Shown here piece by piece: positions 12,848-24,593 of a DNA stretch of 64,000 nt. Positions within the stretch are counted from its first letter, which is position 1. Each line of letters opens with the position of its first letter. The position numbers were made by a program, and so were the translations under genes. The notes beneath the pieces were generated by a model that ran no database searches, had not been told where the DNA came from, and was given only the letters and a program-made list of their open reading frames with translations. This DNA comes from Paragordius varius (lineage: Eukaryota > Animalia > Nematomorpha), in assembly GCA_964247055.1 (NCBI GenBank), contig OZ176054.1:11222001-11286000 (forward strand), in the 5' to 3' direction.

Positions 12848-13764
12848 GAAATTAACATTCTTCTTATTGATATTAATACAGGTAATTTGTTTATATAGAT
12901 GCGGTGTGCGTTCATGCTGATCATATAGATGAAGAATAGTATGAGATGAATAATTAAATGCAAATAGAAAGTTTCATCACCATCATTTTCTAGGTAGATT
13001 CTATCAACTAAAATATAAGATAATTAATATATTAGAAAATTGATACCTGGCTAAAAGTATTTTCAACATAAATTGGGGGCTAAAACATTCAAAGTTTGAA
13101 AGAGAATAAGTAAGGTTGACTTGGCTTTTTAACAACTAAATTTGCAAAAAAATATTTTCTTCATGATAAAAAATTCAAAAATGATACTTTATGTTTTTTT
13201 CCTTCTACCATCCTAAACTATATATAAAAAAAACTATTCTTCACCAAAGCAAACAATGTTAGTGTTGCCTGCTTAGTTTTTGTAGTGCTGTTGCATTCAA
13301 AGCTTTTGAAAATAAATATTTGTTTCTATTCTCTATACGTCATTGGTATGGTGAAATCATATAAGCCTTTTCATATTTATAGTTTAGAATAATAGAACGA
13401 AAAAAACATAAAGTATCATTTTTGAATATTTTAACATGAAGAAAATATTTTTTTGCAAATTTAGTCGTTAAAAAGCCAAGTCAACCTTATTTAGTTCTCT
13501 TTCAAACTTTGAATGTTTTAGCCCCCAATTTATGTTGAAAATACATTTAGAATCTAGGTATCAATTTTCTATATTAACTATCTTATATTGTAGTTGATAG
13601 AATCTACCTAGAAAATGATGGTGATTGAAATTTTCTATTTGCATTTAATTATTGCATCTCATACTATTCTTTAATCTATATGATCATCATGAACGCACCG
13701 CATCGTATATCAATTATATAAACAAATTACCTGTATTAATATCAATAAGAAGAATGTTAATTTC
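12848..13764. mobile_element. Foldback element: ~370-bp inverted arms around a ~160-bp spacer
   Basis: GAAATTAACATTCTTCTTATTGATATTAATACAGGTAA... at 12848 mirrors ...TTACCTGTATTAATATCAATAAGAAGAATGTTAATTTC ending at 13764. No clear TSD. Confidence 0.88.
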
Positions 13765-14373
13765 TTAGTTTGTGGACACTGTGTATATGAAAAATTGATG
13801 TCCTATAATCCGACATTTTACATTTTTTGAAAAACTGGCCCATTTTAAAGGATTCTAAAAAAATTTAATTTTCGGAGTTGCGAAAATGGTAAAATTAATG
13901 CTTTTTCACATTGCATAATTGGATTTAAATACATCTGTATAAGTTACAGTGGCATACCGATGGGGGGGGGGTGCATCATGCCCCGGGCGCCGTTATTTAG
14001 AAGCGCCCAAATGATTTTTAATTAAATTTAAATTTTTGGTAAAATAACAACAACTTTCAAGTAAGATTTTTCAGCAATTTACGTATAAATCCCTAAAATA
14101 ATATAAAAATTATATAAATGATATCAAGATTAAACTATGCAAAAAACAACTTTCATTATTCCCTTCAACATGTGCAAACTTATTTTTTCGCTTAAAAAAC
14201 GTATTCTTTTATTGTCTTAAATTAAATTTTAACTTTTCTATCTGTTCAAAACCTTATCTCTTATTATTATAATTTATAATTACATTTTTATTTTAATCAT
14301 ATTCAATTTCAAAACCCAATTTTATTTATTGAAATCTCCAACATCATTCCATCTCTAACAAGGTAGGTTTTTT

Positions 14374-16038
14374 TTTTAGAATGATACAATGTAATATCAG
14401 CAAATTAATAATAAATTTATTAATGAATTTTCGTTAGATTCATCTAACTTCTTCGGATTAAGATAAAAATAAATTTAAAATAAAGATACAAAATAAAATT
14501 ATAAAATATTTTATAAAAATAAGGAAGTGTATCTATTTATAAAGAAATCCGTTACTGGGTTTACACGATTAATTTCTTTTTGTCTGTTAATCAATTTATC
14601 TTCCTTATTTATATAGTAACTTTCTTTTAATACTCTTCTAGTGTCATTTTTTTCGTTATCTAAGATCTCAACGTTTTCCCAATCAATTTTGTGTCTGTAC
14701 TTGTGTGCATGATATGCAAGTGCCGACACATTTACTTTGTTTCTTCTTTCTGCCGCTTTGTGTTCTTTTATTCGAGTATTTATACCTCTTTTTGTCTGTC
14801 CAATATAAACATCCTCACAATCATTACATTTGACTTTGTAAACTACAGATTTTTCATCTTGTACCTTTCTGGTGTTGTTTAATAATTTATATATGTTATT
14901 GAGAGGTTTAAAAATAATATGGAACTTTGATTTCAAAATGTCCTTGATTTTGTAACTGACGTTCTCATGAAAAGGTATCACTAGTATTTTTTTATCCTTT
15001 GTGTTGTTATCGGTATTACTGTGTATATTATTGTTATTAATCTCATTATTCTTTTTATCTTTATTATTTTCATTATTTTTCATAATTTTATTTATAGCGT
15101 TTGTAATAAGATGCTGGGGATAATTTTTCTCTAAAAACTTTTTAACCAGTAACGATGTTTGTTCAGTTTTTATTTTTAAATCATTAGGAATTAATAAGGT
15201 ACGTTGTAGTAAACTGTGTACTATAGAATTAAAACAATTTGGAAGGTGGTGTGAGGTATAATCAATTATGTATGTATCCGACTTATAATATACTTGAGTT
15301 TTAATAATATCATTGTCTCTCGTTAATAATATATCGAGAAATGGGATTTTATTATTATTTTCTTTTTCTATTGTGAAGCGTAAAGGGCTAGTACAATTAA
15401 ACTGTTTTTGTAATTTTTCTATAATATTTTCCTCATCTATGCAAATTATATCATCTACATATCTATAATAAAAGTAGGGTTTTTCCATTTTTTCAAATAC
15501 TTTTGATTCTATGTATCTGACTGTTATTTCGGATATTGTACTAGAAAATGGAGATCCCATGGGGACACCGATTTTTTGGTGATAAATTTGCTTCTTGAAT
15601 TGGACCTATGAATTTGATATGGCTATGTTTATTAAATTGAACAAAGCATTTTTGTTTATATTTAATTGATTAAAGTATGTGTTGTTTTTATCAATAAATT
15701 CTTTTACGGCTTTTTTTGCTAATTTCAGAGGTATTGAGGTGTAAAGAGATACAATGTCTAGGCTACACATGGACTTTTTTGCTATATTTATCTCGTTTAA
15801 TTTATCTATCAATTCATAGCTATTTTTTATGCTATGTTTATAATTATCTAATAAGGGTGAAAATATTTGTGCTAGATGTTTGCAAATATTAAATGTGGGT
15901 GATTTTTTAAAATTTGTGATGGGTCTTAATGGGATATTATTCTTATGTAATTTTGGTAATCCATGAAACGTCGGACATTGTGAGTTGTGTGGTTTGCAAG
16001 TGTTGTATGTTTTTATGTTGATTTGTTTGGTAGATAAT
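14374..16038 (-). mobile_element. Inverted partial copy of the Penelope-like element (3' 1.66 kb)
   Basis: Reverse complement of 16633-18297 with a handful of substitutions, including TAC->TAG just upstream of the MGSP ORF (14511-15560). Confidence 0.95.
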
Positions 16039-18326
16039 TAAAAACATTGAGACGAGTAAAAAGATTTTAGCGAAATTGGAGATATGGTTAGAGGATCTAC
16101 CACTCAAACAATATATAGAAGTGAAAAGAATACGAGATAAAAAAGTAGAAATTATAAAAAGCAGATTGACCAAAAAACATTCAAAGAAATTAAAAGAGAT
16201 GAACTATAAAGAAATAACACCGAACTTTGTCAACTTAACAAAAGAAACATATACGTCAGATCAAATAAAATTCTTAAATAATGGCTTAAAATTTATTCCA
16301 AAAGGCAATATTCCAATAAAAACCTTCACAACAATAGTTGAAGCAAACCTACCTCAGGAAGAAAAACACATGAGACTAAATATTTATAATGAACTTAGTA
16401 AATCATCCAAACAAATAAACACTCATAAAATCAATAACATAGTCAAAACAAAAACAAAAGAAAAAGTTACATACTTGAAAGCTGACAAGACAAATCAATT
16501 GGTCATTATGTACCAGAATGATTATGATAAGAAAGCCATCGACATATTGTCAGATAAAAAAACATACAGCGAAATAAAGATTGACCCTACCGAAAAAATT
16601 GAAAAAAGTATTACTAAACGTTTAAAAAAGTTATTATCTACCAAACAAATCAACATAAAAACATACAACACTTGCAAACCACACAACTCACAATGTCCGA
16701 CGTTTCATGGATTACCAAAATTACATAAGAATAATATCCCATTAAGACCCATCACAAATTTTAAAAAATCACCCACATTTAATATTTGCAAACATCTAGC
16801 ACAAATATTTTCACCCTTATTAGATAATTATAAACATAGCATAAAAAATAGCTATGAATTGATAGATAAATTAAACGAGATAAATATAGCAAAAAAGTCC
16901 ATGTGTAGCCTAGACATTGTATCTCTTTACACCTCAATACCTCTGAAATTAGCAAAAAAAGCCGAAAAAGAATTTATTGATAAAAACAACACATACTTTA
17001 ATCAATTAAATATAAACAAAAATGCTTTGTTCAATTTAATAAACATAGCCATATCAAATTCATACGTCCAATTCAAGAAGCAAATTTATCACCAAAAAAT
17101 CGGTGTCCCCATGGGATCTCCATTTTCTAGTACAATATCCGAAATAACAGTCAGATACATAGAATCAAAAGTATTTGAAAAAATGGAAAAACCCTACTTT
17201 TATTATAGATATGTAGATGATATAATTTGCATAGATGAGGAAAATATTATAGAAAAATTACAAAAACAGTTTAATTGTACTAGCCCTTTACGCTTCACAA
17301 TAGAAAAAGAAAATAATAATAAAATCCCATTTCTCGATATATTATTAACGAGAGACAATGATATTATTAAAACTCAAGTATATTATAAGTCGGATACATA
17401 CATAATTGATTATACCTCACACCACCCTCCAAATTGTTTTAATTCTATAGTACACAGTTTACTACAACGTACCTTATTAATTCCTAATGATTTAAAAATA
17501 AAAACTGAACAAACATCGTTACTGGTTAAAAAGTTTTTAGAGAAAAATTATCCCCAGCATCTTATTACAAACGCTATAAATAAAATTATGAAAAATAATG
17601 AAAATAATAAAGATAAAAAGAATAATGAGATTAATAACAATAATATACACAGTAATACCGATAACAACACAAAGGATAAAAAAATACTAGTGATACCTTT
17701 TCATGAGAACGTCAGTTACAAAATCAAGGACATTTTGAAATCAAAGTTCCATATTATTTTTAAACCTCTCAATAACATATATAAATTATTAAACAACACC
17801 AGAAAGGTACAAGATGAAAAATCTGTAGTTTACAAAGTCAAATGTAATGATTGTGAGGATGTTTATATTGGACAGACAAAAAGAGGTATGAATACTCGAA
17901 TAAAAGAACACAAAGCGGCAGAAAGAAGAAACAAAGTAAATGTGTCGGCACTTGCATATCATGCACACAAGTACAGACACAAAATTGATTGGGAAAACGT
18001 TGAGATCTTAGATAACGAAAAAAATGACACTAGAAGAGTATTAAAAGAAAGTTACTATATAAATAAGGAAGATAAATTGATTAACAGACAAAAAGCAATT
18101 AATCGTGTAAACCCAGTAACGGATTTCTTTATAAATAGATACACTTCCTTATTTTTATAAAATATTTTATAATTTTATTTTGTATCTTTATTTTAAATTT
18201 ATTTTTATCTTAATCCGAAGAAGTTAGATGAATCTAACGAAAATTCATTAATAAATTTATTATTAATTTGCTGATATTACATTGTATCATTCTAAAACAT
18301 ACTGATTCAGCCTAATTCATAATGCA
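16039..18326 (+). mobile_element. Penelope-like retroelement (PLE), 5'-truncated forward copy
   Basis: RT plus GIY-YIG ORF followed by a 3' UTR. The composite is flanked by the 13-bp direct repeat AAGGTAGGTTTTT (14360-14372 and 18327-18339). Confidence 0.93.
16076..18160 (+). CDS. PLE reverse transcriptase / GIY-YIG endonuclease ORF, N-terminally truncated with no ATG start
   Basis: Motifs FHGLPKLHK..PLRPI, SLDIVSLYTSIP, GVPMGSPFS, YRYVDD, IPFLDI and VVYKVKCNDCEDVYIGQTKR...RIKEH. The frame is open back to the inversion junction at ~16039. Confidence 0.93.
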   Translation: MEIWLEDLPLKQYIEVKRIRDKKVEIIKSRLTKKHSKKLKEMNYKEITPNFVNLTKETYTSDQIKFLNNGLKFIPKGNIPIKTFTTIVEANLPQEEKHMRLNIYNELSKSSKQINTHKINNIVKTKTKEKVTYLKADKTNQLVIMYQNDYDKKAIDILSDKKTYSEIKIDPTEKIEKSITKRLKKLLSTKQINIKTYNTCKPHNSQCPTFHGLPKLHKNNIPLRPITNFKKSPTFNICKHLAQIFSPLLDNYKHSIKNSYELIDKLNEINIAKKSMCSLDIVSLYTSIPLKLAKKAEKEFIDKNNTYFNQLNINKNALFNLINIAISNSYVQFKKQIYHQKIGVPMGSPFSSTISEITVRYIESKVFEKMEKPYFYYRYVDDIICIDEENIIEKLQKQFNCTSPLRFTIEKENNNKIPFLDILLTRDNDIIKTQVYYKSDTYIIDYTSHHPPNCFNSIVHSLLQRTLLIPNDLKIKTEQTSLLVKKFLEKNYPQHLITNAINKIMKNNENNKDKKNNEINNNNIHSNTDNNTKDKKILVIPFHENVSYKIKDILKSKFHIIFKPLNNIYKLLNNTRKVQDEKSVVYKVKCNDCEDVYIGQTKRGMNTRIKEHKAAERRNKVNVSALAYHAHKYRHKIDWENVEILDNEKNDTRRVLKESYYINKEDKLINRQKAINRVNPVTDFFINRYTSLFL

Positions 18327-18399
18327 AAGGTAGGTTTTTGTTATTAATAATATATTTTTTATAATTACTTTTATTTTCATCAGATATCAATGCCTAAAC

Positions 18400-19500
18400 T
18401 CACCGATTACGCAGATAGGAAATGTAAAATCCAGGAAGAGAATAAAACAAATAAAATGCGAATATGAAATCTTATTTAAATATCTGACCATAACAAAAGT
18501 TTATGCGACACAAACCTAACGGTACCCCTTAATAATAGTAACTTACACCTGAAACCCTATTTATTGATTTTATAAACAGATATGTAAAAACTACAAATTA
18601 TATACCATAAGTAAATCTAAGCGCTATACCTATATAAAGTTTAATGATGGCGCCTTCTTAAAATTTACTAATAATCTCCCGTAATATCTAATCAATTTCG
18701 CACAGGATCTCAAGGATTTCAAAATAAATGCAATCTCTTTAAAACAAAAAAACATAGTCCAGCGGCCCAATCTTGGTTTTTTCAACTTATCGGTAAAAAA
18801 GAAGGATTTGAAGAATTCACCAAAGAACAGATCTGCGTATTGTTATTATTGCTCACTTTTTATCGATCTAATTCTTTACCTTCATCTTTAATAATTACGG
18901 TTTCAATGGAGGAAAAAAATTTAATCCATTATAAAAATAGCCTCAATCACCGGAAAGCATTTAGTACTTGGAAAGAGGCATAAAAAGATTGATAAATAAA
19001 ATAGGAATTGCTCTAGAAGCTCACATAATCGGAAAAAGATATATGGCGAAATATTTTACATCGAATATTGGCCTGGAAGAAATTTTTAATCACCCAAAAT
19101 CTCCCTTTTCGAGGACATATTGAAAAATGTATCTAGATGACTCAGCACCAAATCGAAACCTCTTAGTATTAAAACTCTTCGCTCAGTTTGAAAAATTATT
19201 GAAATAACAATATTGATTTAAAAAATAATTGGGAATCTATAAACGAATTTTACAATAAGATTATAATGGATCAGATCTTTTTATAGAAATTTGTGATTGT
19301 AGGATGTTATTCCTAAGTCGAAAAGATGTCGAACCTAAAACTCCGTTAGAACTCTAAACCTTTATAATTTCATACGGCGAAGATGTATACCTAATTTAAG
19401 GGTTGCACTTCAAATACTTTTAACCATTTCAACGACAGTCGCTAGTTGTGAAAGGTCATTCAGCAAAGAAATTAATTTCAACATATATTCAATCGCGATG
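18400..19500 (+). pseudogene. hAT transposase remnants belonging to the 13947-24211 element
   Basis: PNLRVALQILLTISTTVASCERSFSK at ~19400-19470. The tail IDFNDVFDNFAISKARK resumes after the Gypsy insertion at ~23693-23743. Confidence 0.75.
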
Positions 19501-19527
19501 TGTCATAACTTAATATGGTTGTGTGTG

Positions 19528-22500
19528 TGTTACATAAGCAAATTTTAAATATATATTTTGTTTGTGTGCTATAGTTTTTTGTAAGATTTGCACTATCTTA
19601 TTTTTATATTTATATACTATGTAAATATCATGTTACTCAAAATTTTATTGTATCATGCAAATTATGTTCACTTAAAAATAGTATATATAAAGCACAAAAT
19701 ACCGAATATATCATATTTTTGTTACCTTTTAACATCTGGTGGTCATTCGAGTTCCGAAATAAGCTAGTGCTAGTGGAGGTTTTACCGATATCCGAACGAA
19801 CATGGCAACGCCAATTGCCAACCTCGCTAACTTATGCATCGAGAAATATAATGATAATATCATTGAGGAATACGTTGACTATAAGACAAATGTTATGGAG
19901 GCGAAAGTTATCCCTGTAACAGAACAATCTCTCAAAGCAACTTGTTGCCTATGGTGGTCTATTGGTTGTGCTCAAAATAAATCAACGACTGTATCCCAAA
20001 AAAATAAAAGATGCATCATGGAGCGAGATAATGATAACTTGTTTAAAAGTATTTAATCCCACAAAATCAAATTTTAAAGCGGATTTGAATTTTTTCGACT
20101 TGTGCGAAGCAACGCTGAATTTTTCACCCAATTTTTAGAATGGGTTAAGATCGCAGCCGGAGAGGCCAAATTTAATGATTCGACTGAGGAACGTATTCGG
20201 GATGCTTTCGTCATTGGTTTACGGCAACCGCAATTGGAAATCGATATACATTCAAGGTATCCCGATTCCGAGATCAACAGACAACCCGTGTCTCTAAAAA
20301 CGATAGTGGATCTCGCACTAGCACGAAGCTACTAGAGCTGGCCTTCATAACAATAATGATAATACCAATTATAACAATGGTAAAAATTTAAATCGATTAA
20401 ACACACCAATAATAATAATACGGCCATGCGTTCACGACAGCCAACAGCAAAACATCTAACACATTCGTGCAATCGTTGTGGGAGTAGCCATGGAACAAAC
20501 AAATGTCCTGCTTGTAACCGCAATCGTAATAAATGTGGAAAACCCAACCACTTCGCTAAAATGTGTAGATCAAAAAACGCTGCCAAGAGTATGTTCAACC
20601 TCCAGATCCATAGAAAAGCAATGCCTACCTCACCATGGACCGTAAGAATAATGATAAACAACAAAGAACAAATATTTATCTATGAAACTCGAGCTGACAT
20701 TAGTGTATAATCAGCTTTGAAACCTGGAAACAAGTTGGCAAGCCAAATATTAAACCCATACCGCCAGTAAAAGCCTACAATAATAATATAGTGCCTCTAC
20801 TGGGCGTAACAACAGTCACAGTGCAAATCAATGGGCAAAACTTGGGGGACGCAGAATGTTGTGTATTGAAAGAAAAAAAGTCAAAGGCATAGCTCATTTG
20901 TGGCTTGGATTAGATCACGAGATTCAACATCGACGGAATTAACTTTCTTAAACTTGATAAAATTATTGAAAATTTATTAATCTATTTAAACAGGAATTAG
21001 GCTGTTACATTGAGCCGGTTAAAGTTCATATGGCATCCAATACCTCCCCCAATGTTTGGCCTTGTCGCTGAGTACCGTTTCCCCTAAGAGTAAAAGTTGA
21101 AAAGGAAGTGCTAAAATTACAAAAGTTAGACATTTTGGAGCCAATATATCCCAACCTTACACCTCTGACATGGGCCACGCCCACCGTTAATGTGCATGGA
21201 AAGGTAAGAATTTGTAGCGATTTTAGAGTTACGATCAACAAGTGGCTGACTGAGGACTCTCATATTCCAACGATTGATGATTTAGTAAGTAAGATTGGCG
21301 AAGGCCAAGTTTTCACTAAGATTGATCTGAAAGATGCTTATCTACAAATGCCCATAACTAAAGAATCACAACACCTCCTAACAATTGCAACTCACAAGGG
21401 ATTTTTCCGCTACAAAAGGATGCCTTTCGGACTGTCAACAGCACCAATAATTTTCAACGAGTCATGACCAGGTTATAAAAGATTGTCCCGGCACTTGTGC
21501 ATATTTAGATGATGTTTTAGTAACTGGCAAATCTGAACAGGAACATTCAATAAATCTTAATAATGTTTTAAATCGGTTAGAATTAGCAGCTTTTAGATTA
21601 AGAAAAGATACAATAAAATTAGGTGAACTCAGTAAGTTATCTGGGATTTGAAATAAGTAATAAAGGTATAAGTCCCTGCAAGAATAAAAAGCAATCAATG
21701 ATTTTAAAAAACCTGTGGATAAAAAAAACTTAAAAAGTTTTCTAGTAATTTTAACTTTCCATGAAAGATTTATAACCAAGCTTCAATTAAGTGTAATGGA
21801 ATTACATAGTTTAACAAGTAAGAACGTCAGATGGAACTGGTCGGAAAAACACGAGAAAAGTTGGAAAGCAGCGAAGGAATTATTAAGTAAACAAGTATTT
21901 TTAACACCATACAATCCGGATAGAAAGTTAGTAATTGAAACCGATGCCTCAGATATAGGGTTTGGATGTATTTTAAGTCATGTTGTAAATGAGTAAAGGA
22001 AACCCATTGCCTATGGTTCAAGAAAATGTACCGATTGAACTACTCTACGATATTTAAGATGGGTTAACCGACTGAATGATTATGATTTTAAATTAAGTTA
22101 TCAGGCGGGTCCGAAAATTAAAGCCGATTTGTCAAGATGTCCCGGTAAAGATAATGTTGACACAATTGATAGAGATTACATGGTAACAAGACATCTTAGG
22201 TTCCTAAATTGTCATAACGTTCATTTAATGGGATCCGGAGAGAGGCAGTTAAGGATAAAATTTTGCAGAAGGTAATCAAGGCTATTCATAATCAAGATTG
22301 GAGTGATGTTGAGTTAGGTGAGTTTACGAACCGTAAAGGAGAAATTTCGTACCAATACGGATTGCTAAGTTTAAATGATCGAATCATCATTCCAGAAAGC
22401 TTACAGGCGAATGTGGTTAATTATTTGCACAGCGGGCATAATATAATAATGTAGAAACGATGAAAGCAATGGCAAGGTGTACATGTTTTTGGTCAAAATT

Positions 22501-23668
22501 AGAAAACGATTTGGTAAGAAGGTATAGTGAATGTAGTTCGTGTCAGGTAAACAAACCAAGCCTATGTGAAAACCCCAGTTACCCATGGGATCCAAATGAT
22601 GCAATATGGGAGCGCCTACACATTGATATAGCCGGACCAGTTGACGGGTATTTTTAGGTGTTGATTGATAGCGCATCAAAATGGTCGGAAGGGTTTATGT
22701 TAAAACGGGTTACTTCGGTAAATATATTGCACAAACTCGAGGAAACCTTTGCCAGGTTTGGGTTTCCGAGGACGGTAATAAGTGATAACGCTTCCTACTT
22801 TAATAATTCGTACTTTACATTAACCCTGACAAACTTGGGAATTAAGCATGTGAGACTAACCCCCTATCATCTTAAAAGTAATGGGATGGTAGAAAGGTTA
22901 GTGGGGACCCTAAAGTGCAAGTACAGAAAAATCAAAAATTATAATATTACACCGCAGGAAGCTTTTAATACTACTTTATGGTCTTACCGTAACTCAATTC
23001 CCGCTACCACAAAAACCCCCTTCCAACTACTCTTTAACCGAGTCTCCCAAACACCCCTGACCTGGATTAACACAAAAACAACAGCCTTAGACGCATCCCT
23101 GATGAAAAACGAACAAAGTCCTGGATGGCGAGCCGGCGAGGTTGTTGATAGAACTGGTCTCCTTTCGTACAGTGTGTGGGAATAGGAAAACCAGTAGATG
23201 GTCAGAAAGCACGCGAACCAGTTAAAACATGTACCAACCGCCAACTCAAATACTCCGGTCACTCAAAACAATAATAGTAATAACGACAATAACAGTAATA
23301 ATAATGGTAACAGTATTGATAAAAATAATAATAGTAATGACAATAATAATGATAAAATAAATGGTAATAATAATGAAAGTAGTAATGATAATATTAATGA
23401 AAATCCGCACGAGCGTCGTTACCCTGAGAAAATTCGGCAGAAGCCGATCCGGTTCTTCTAAGGGGGAAATGATGTTACATATGCAATTTTAAATATATAT
23501 TTTGTTTGTATGCTATAGTTTTTTGTAAGATTTGCATTGTCTTATTTTTATATTTTTGTACTATGTATACTCAAACTTTATTATATCATGCAAATTATGT
23601 TCACTTAAAAATAGTATGTAAAAGCACAAAAAAACCGATAAATATCATACTTTCGTTACCTTTTAACA
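19528..23668 (+). mobile_element. Degenerate Ty3/Gypsy LTR retrotransposon (Mag-like by inference)
   Basis: TG..CA LTRs at 19528-19734 and 23473-23668, 5-bp TSD GTGTG, and PPT AGGGGGAAATGA. Contains gag Cys/His knuckles (CNRCGSSHGTNKC..CGKPNHFAKMC), RT ([22 protein letters not shown]), RNase H (ETDASDIG) and integrase (WERLHIDIAGP, ISDNASYF), with many stops. Confidence 0.95.
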
Positions 23669-24549
23669 GTGTGGAAAAAAAAATTTAATATGATAGATTT
23701 TAATGATGTGTTTGATAATTTTGCAATATCAAAAGCCAGAAAATTTTTTTGAAATATTTTTTCTTAGTTGCCTCTTTCCATTCCAAATAGTAAAATCTCA
23801 TTAATATACTTAATATTTTACGGATTAAATAAATCGCATTACATAAATTGTCATAATTTTTAATTCCGTTAAAATCTGTATTGTAAAATTAGCCCAGATT
23901 TACAATTATTTTTAATCATTATTGTTCGCCATTATCATCCATTCAATATATGCAATTAAAATCAATGTCTATTATTTTTATAAATATAATTTCAATATTA
24001 TAGTTATTAGAATATTTACATGTATGTATTTGAGTATGAATAAATTTAGTTTCATATATATATATATATATATATATTAAGATTTAAAATTTATATGACT
24101 GTGATGTCTTATCTATGGTTAGGTTGCAATGTTTTAGTGGCTTTCAAAAAAGGAGAGGGGCGCCAAAAGAATTTTATGCCCCGGGCGCCGCAAATGCTCG
24201 GTACGCCACTGATAAATTATATTTGAAATTCTCGAAACACTTTTGCATTTTTTTGAGCAGGTAATTCAAATTTTCACCCCTTTAAAACTAGTGTTTAATA
24301 TTATGGTTTATATGAACCTATTTATTGATAAAGTTGCGCATTTGCGAATTAGAAAAATAATGAAAGCGATTTTTAACATATTTTACGGCAATATATATGA
24401 TCAATTTTGAATTAACTTTAGACCCAATTGTTTAATATAAAAATAACTTTAAATTCGACAAATTTATTTATTGATATAAATGATGCATAAATCACATGAA
24501 TGATTAATCCCTGAAGCAAATTAATTTTTAAGAATTGATGAATTGCATA

Positions 24550-24593
24550 TTACTTATCGTCACCAGAACCAGAACCAGACCAATAATCGCTTG
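24550..24593 (-). CDS. Tentative exon 14 (Ser-Gly tail)
   Basis: TTTTAG acceptor; in phase 1 it reads (T)[20 protein letters not shown] at 24553 could instead be a donor. Confidence 0.4.

Larger units (their letters stand above)
13947..24211 (+). mobile_element. hAT element (~2.1 kb net) carrying nested Penelope-like and Gypsy insertions
   Basis: TIRs CAGTGGCATACCGA / revcomp CAGTGGCGTACCGA, TSD ATAAGTTA / ATAAATTA (7/8), and ATGCCCCGGGCGCCG at both subtermini. Confidence 0.88.

Noticed and set aside
24418-24510. Hydrophobic GLIIHVIYASFISI.. segment as a TM or GPI exon of the gene
   Set aside because: It needs a phase-0 donor, and the exon-14 region offers only phase-1 or phase-2 GTs, which lead to early stops. 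It remains possible through an exon I have not found.
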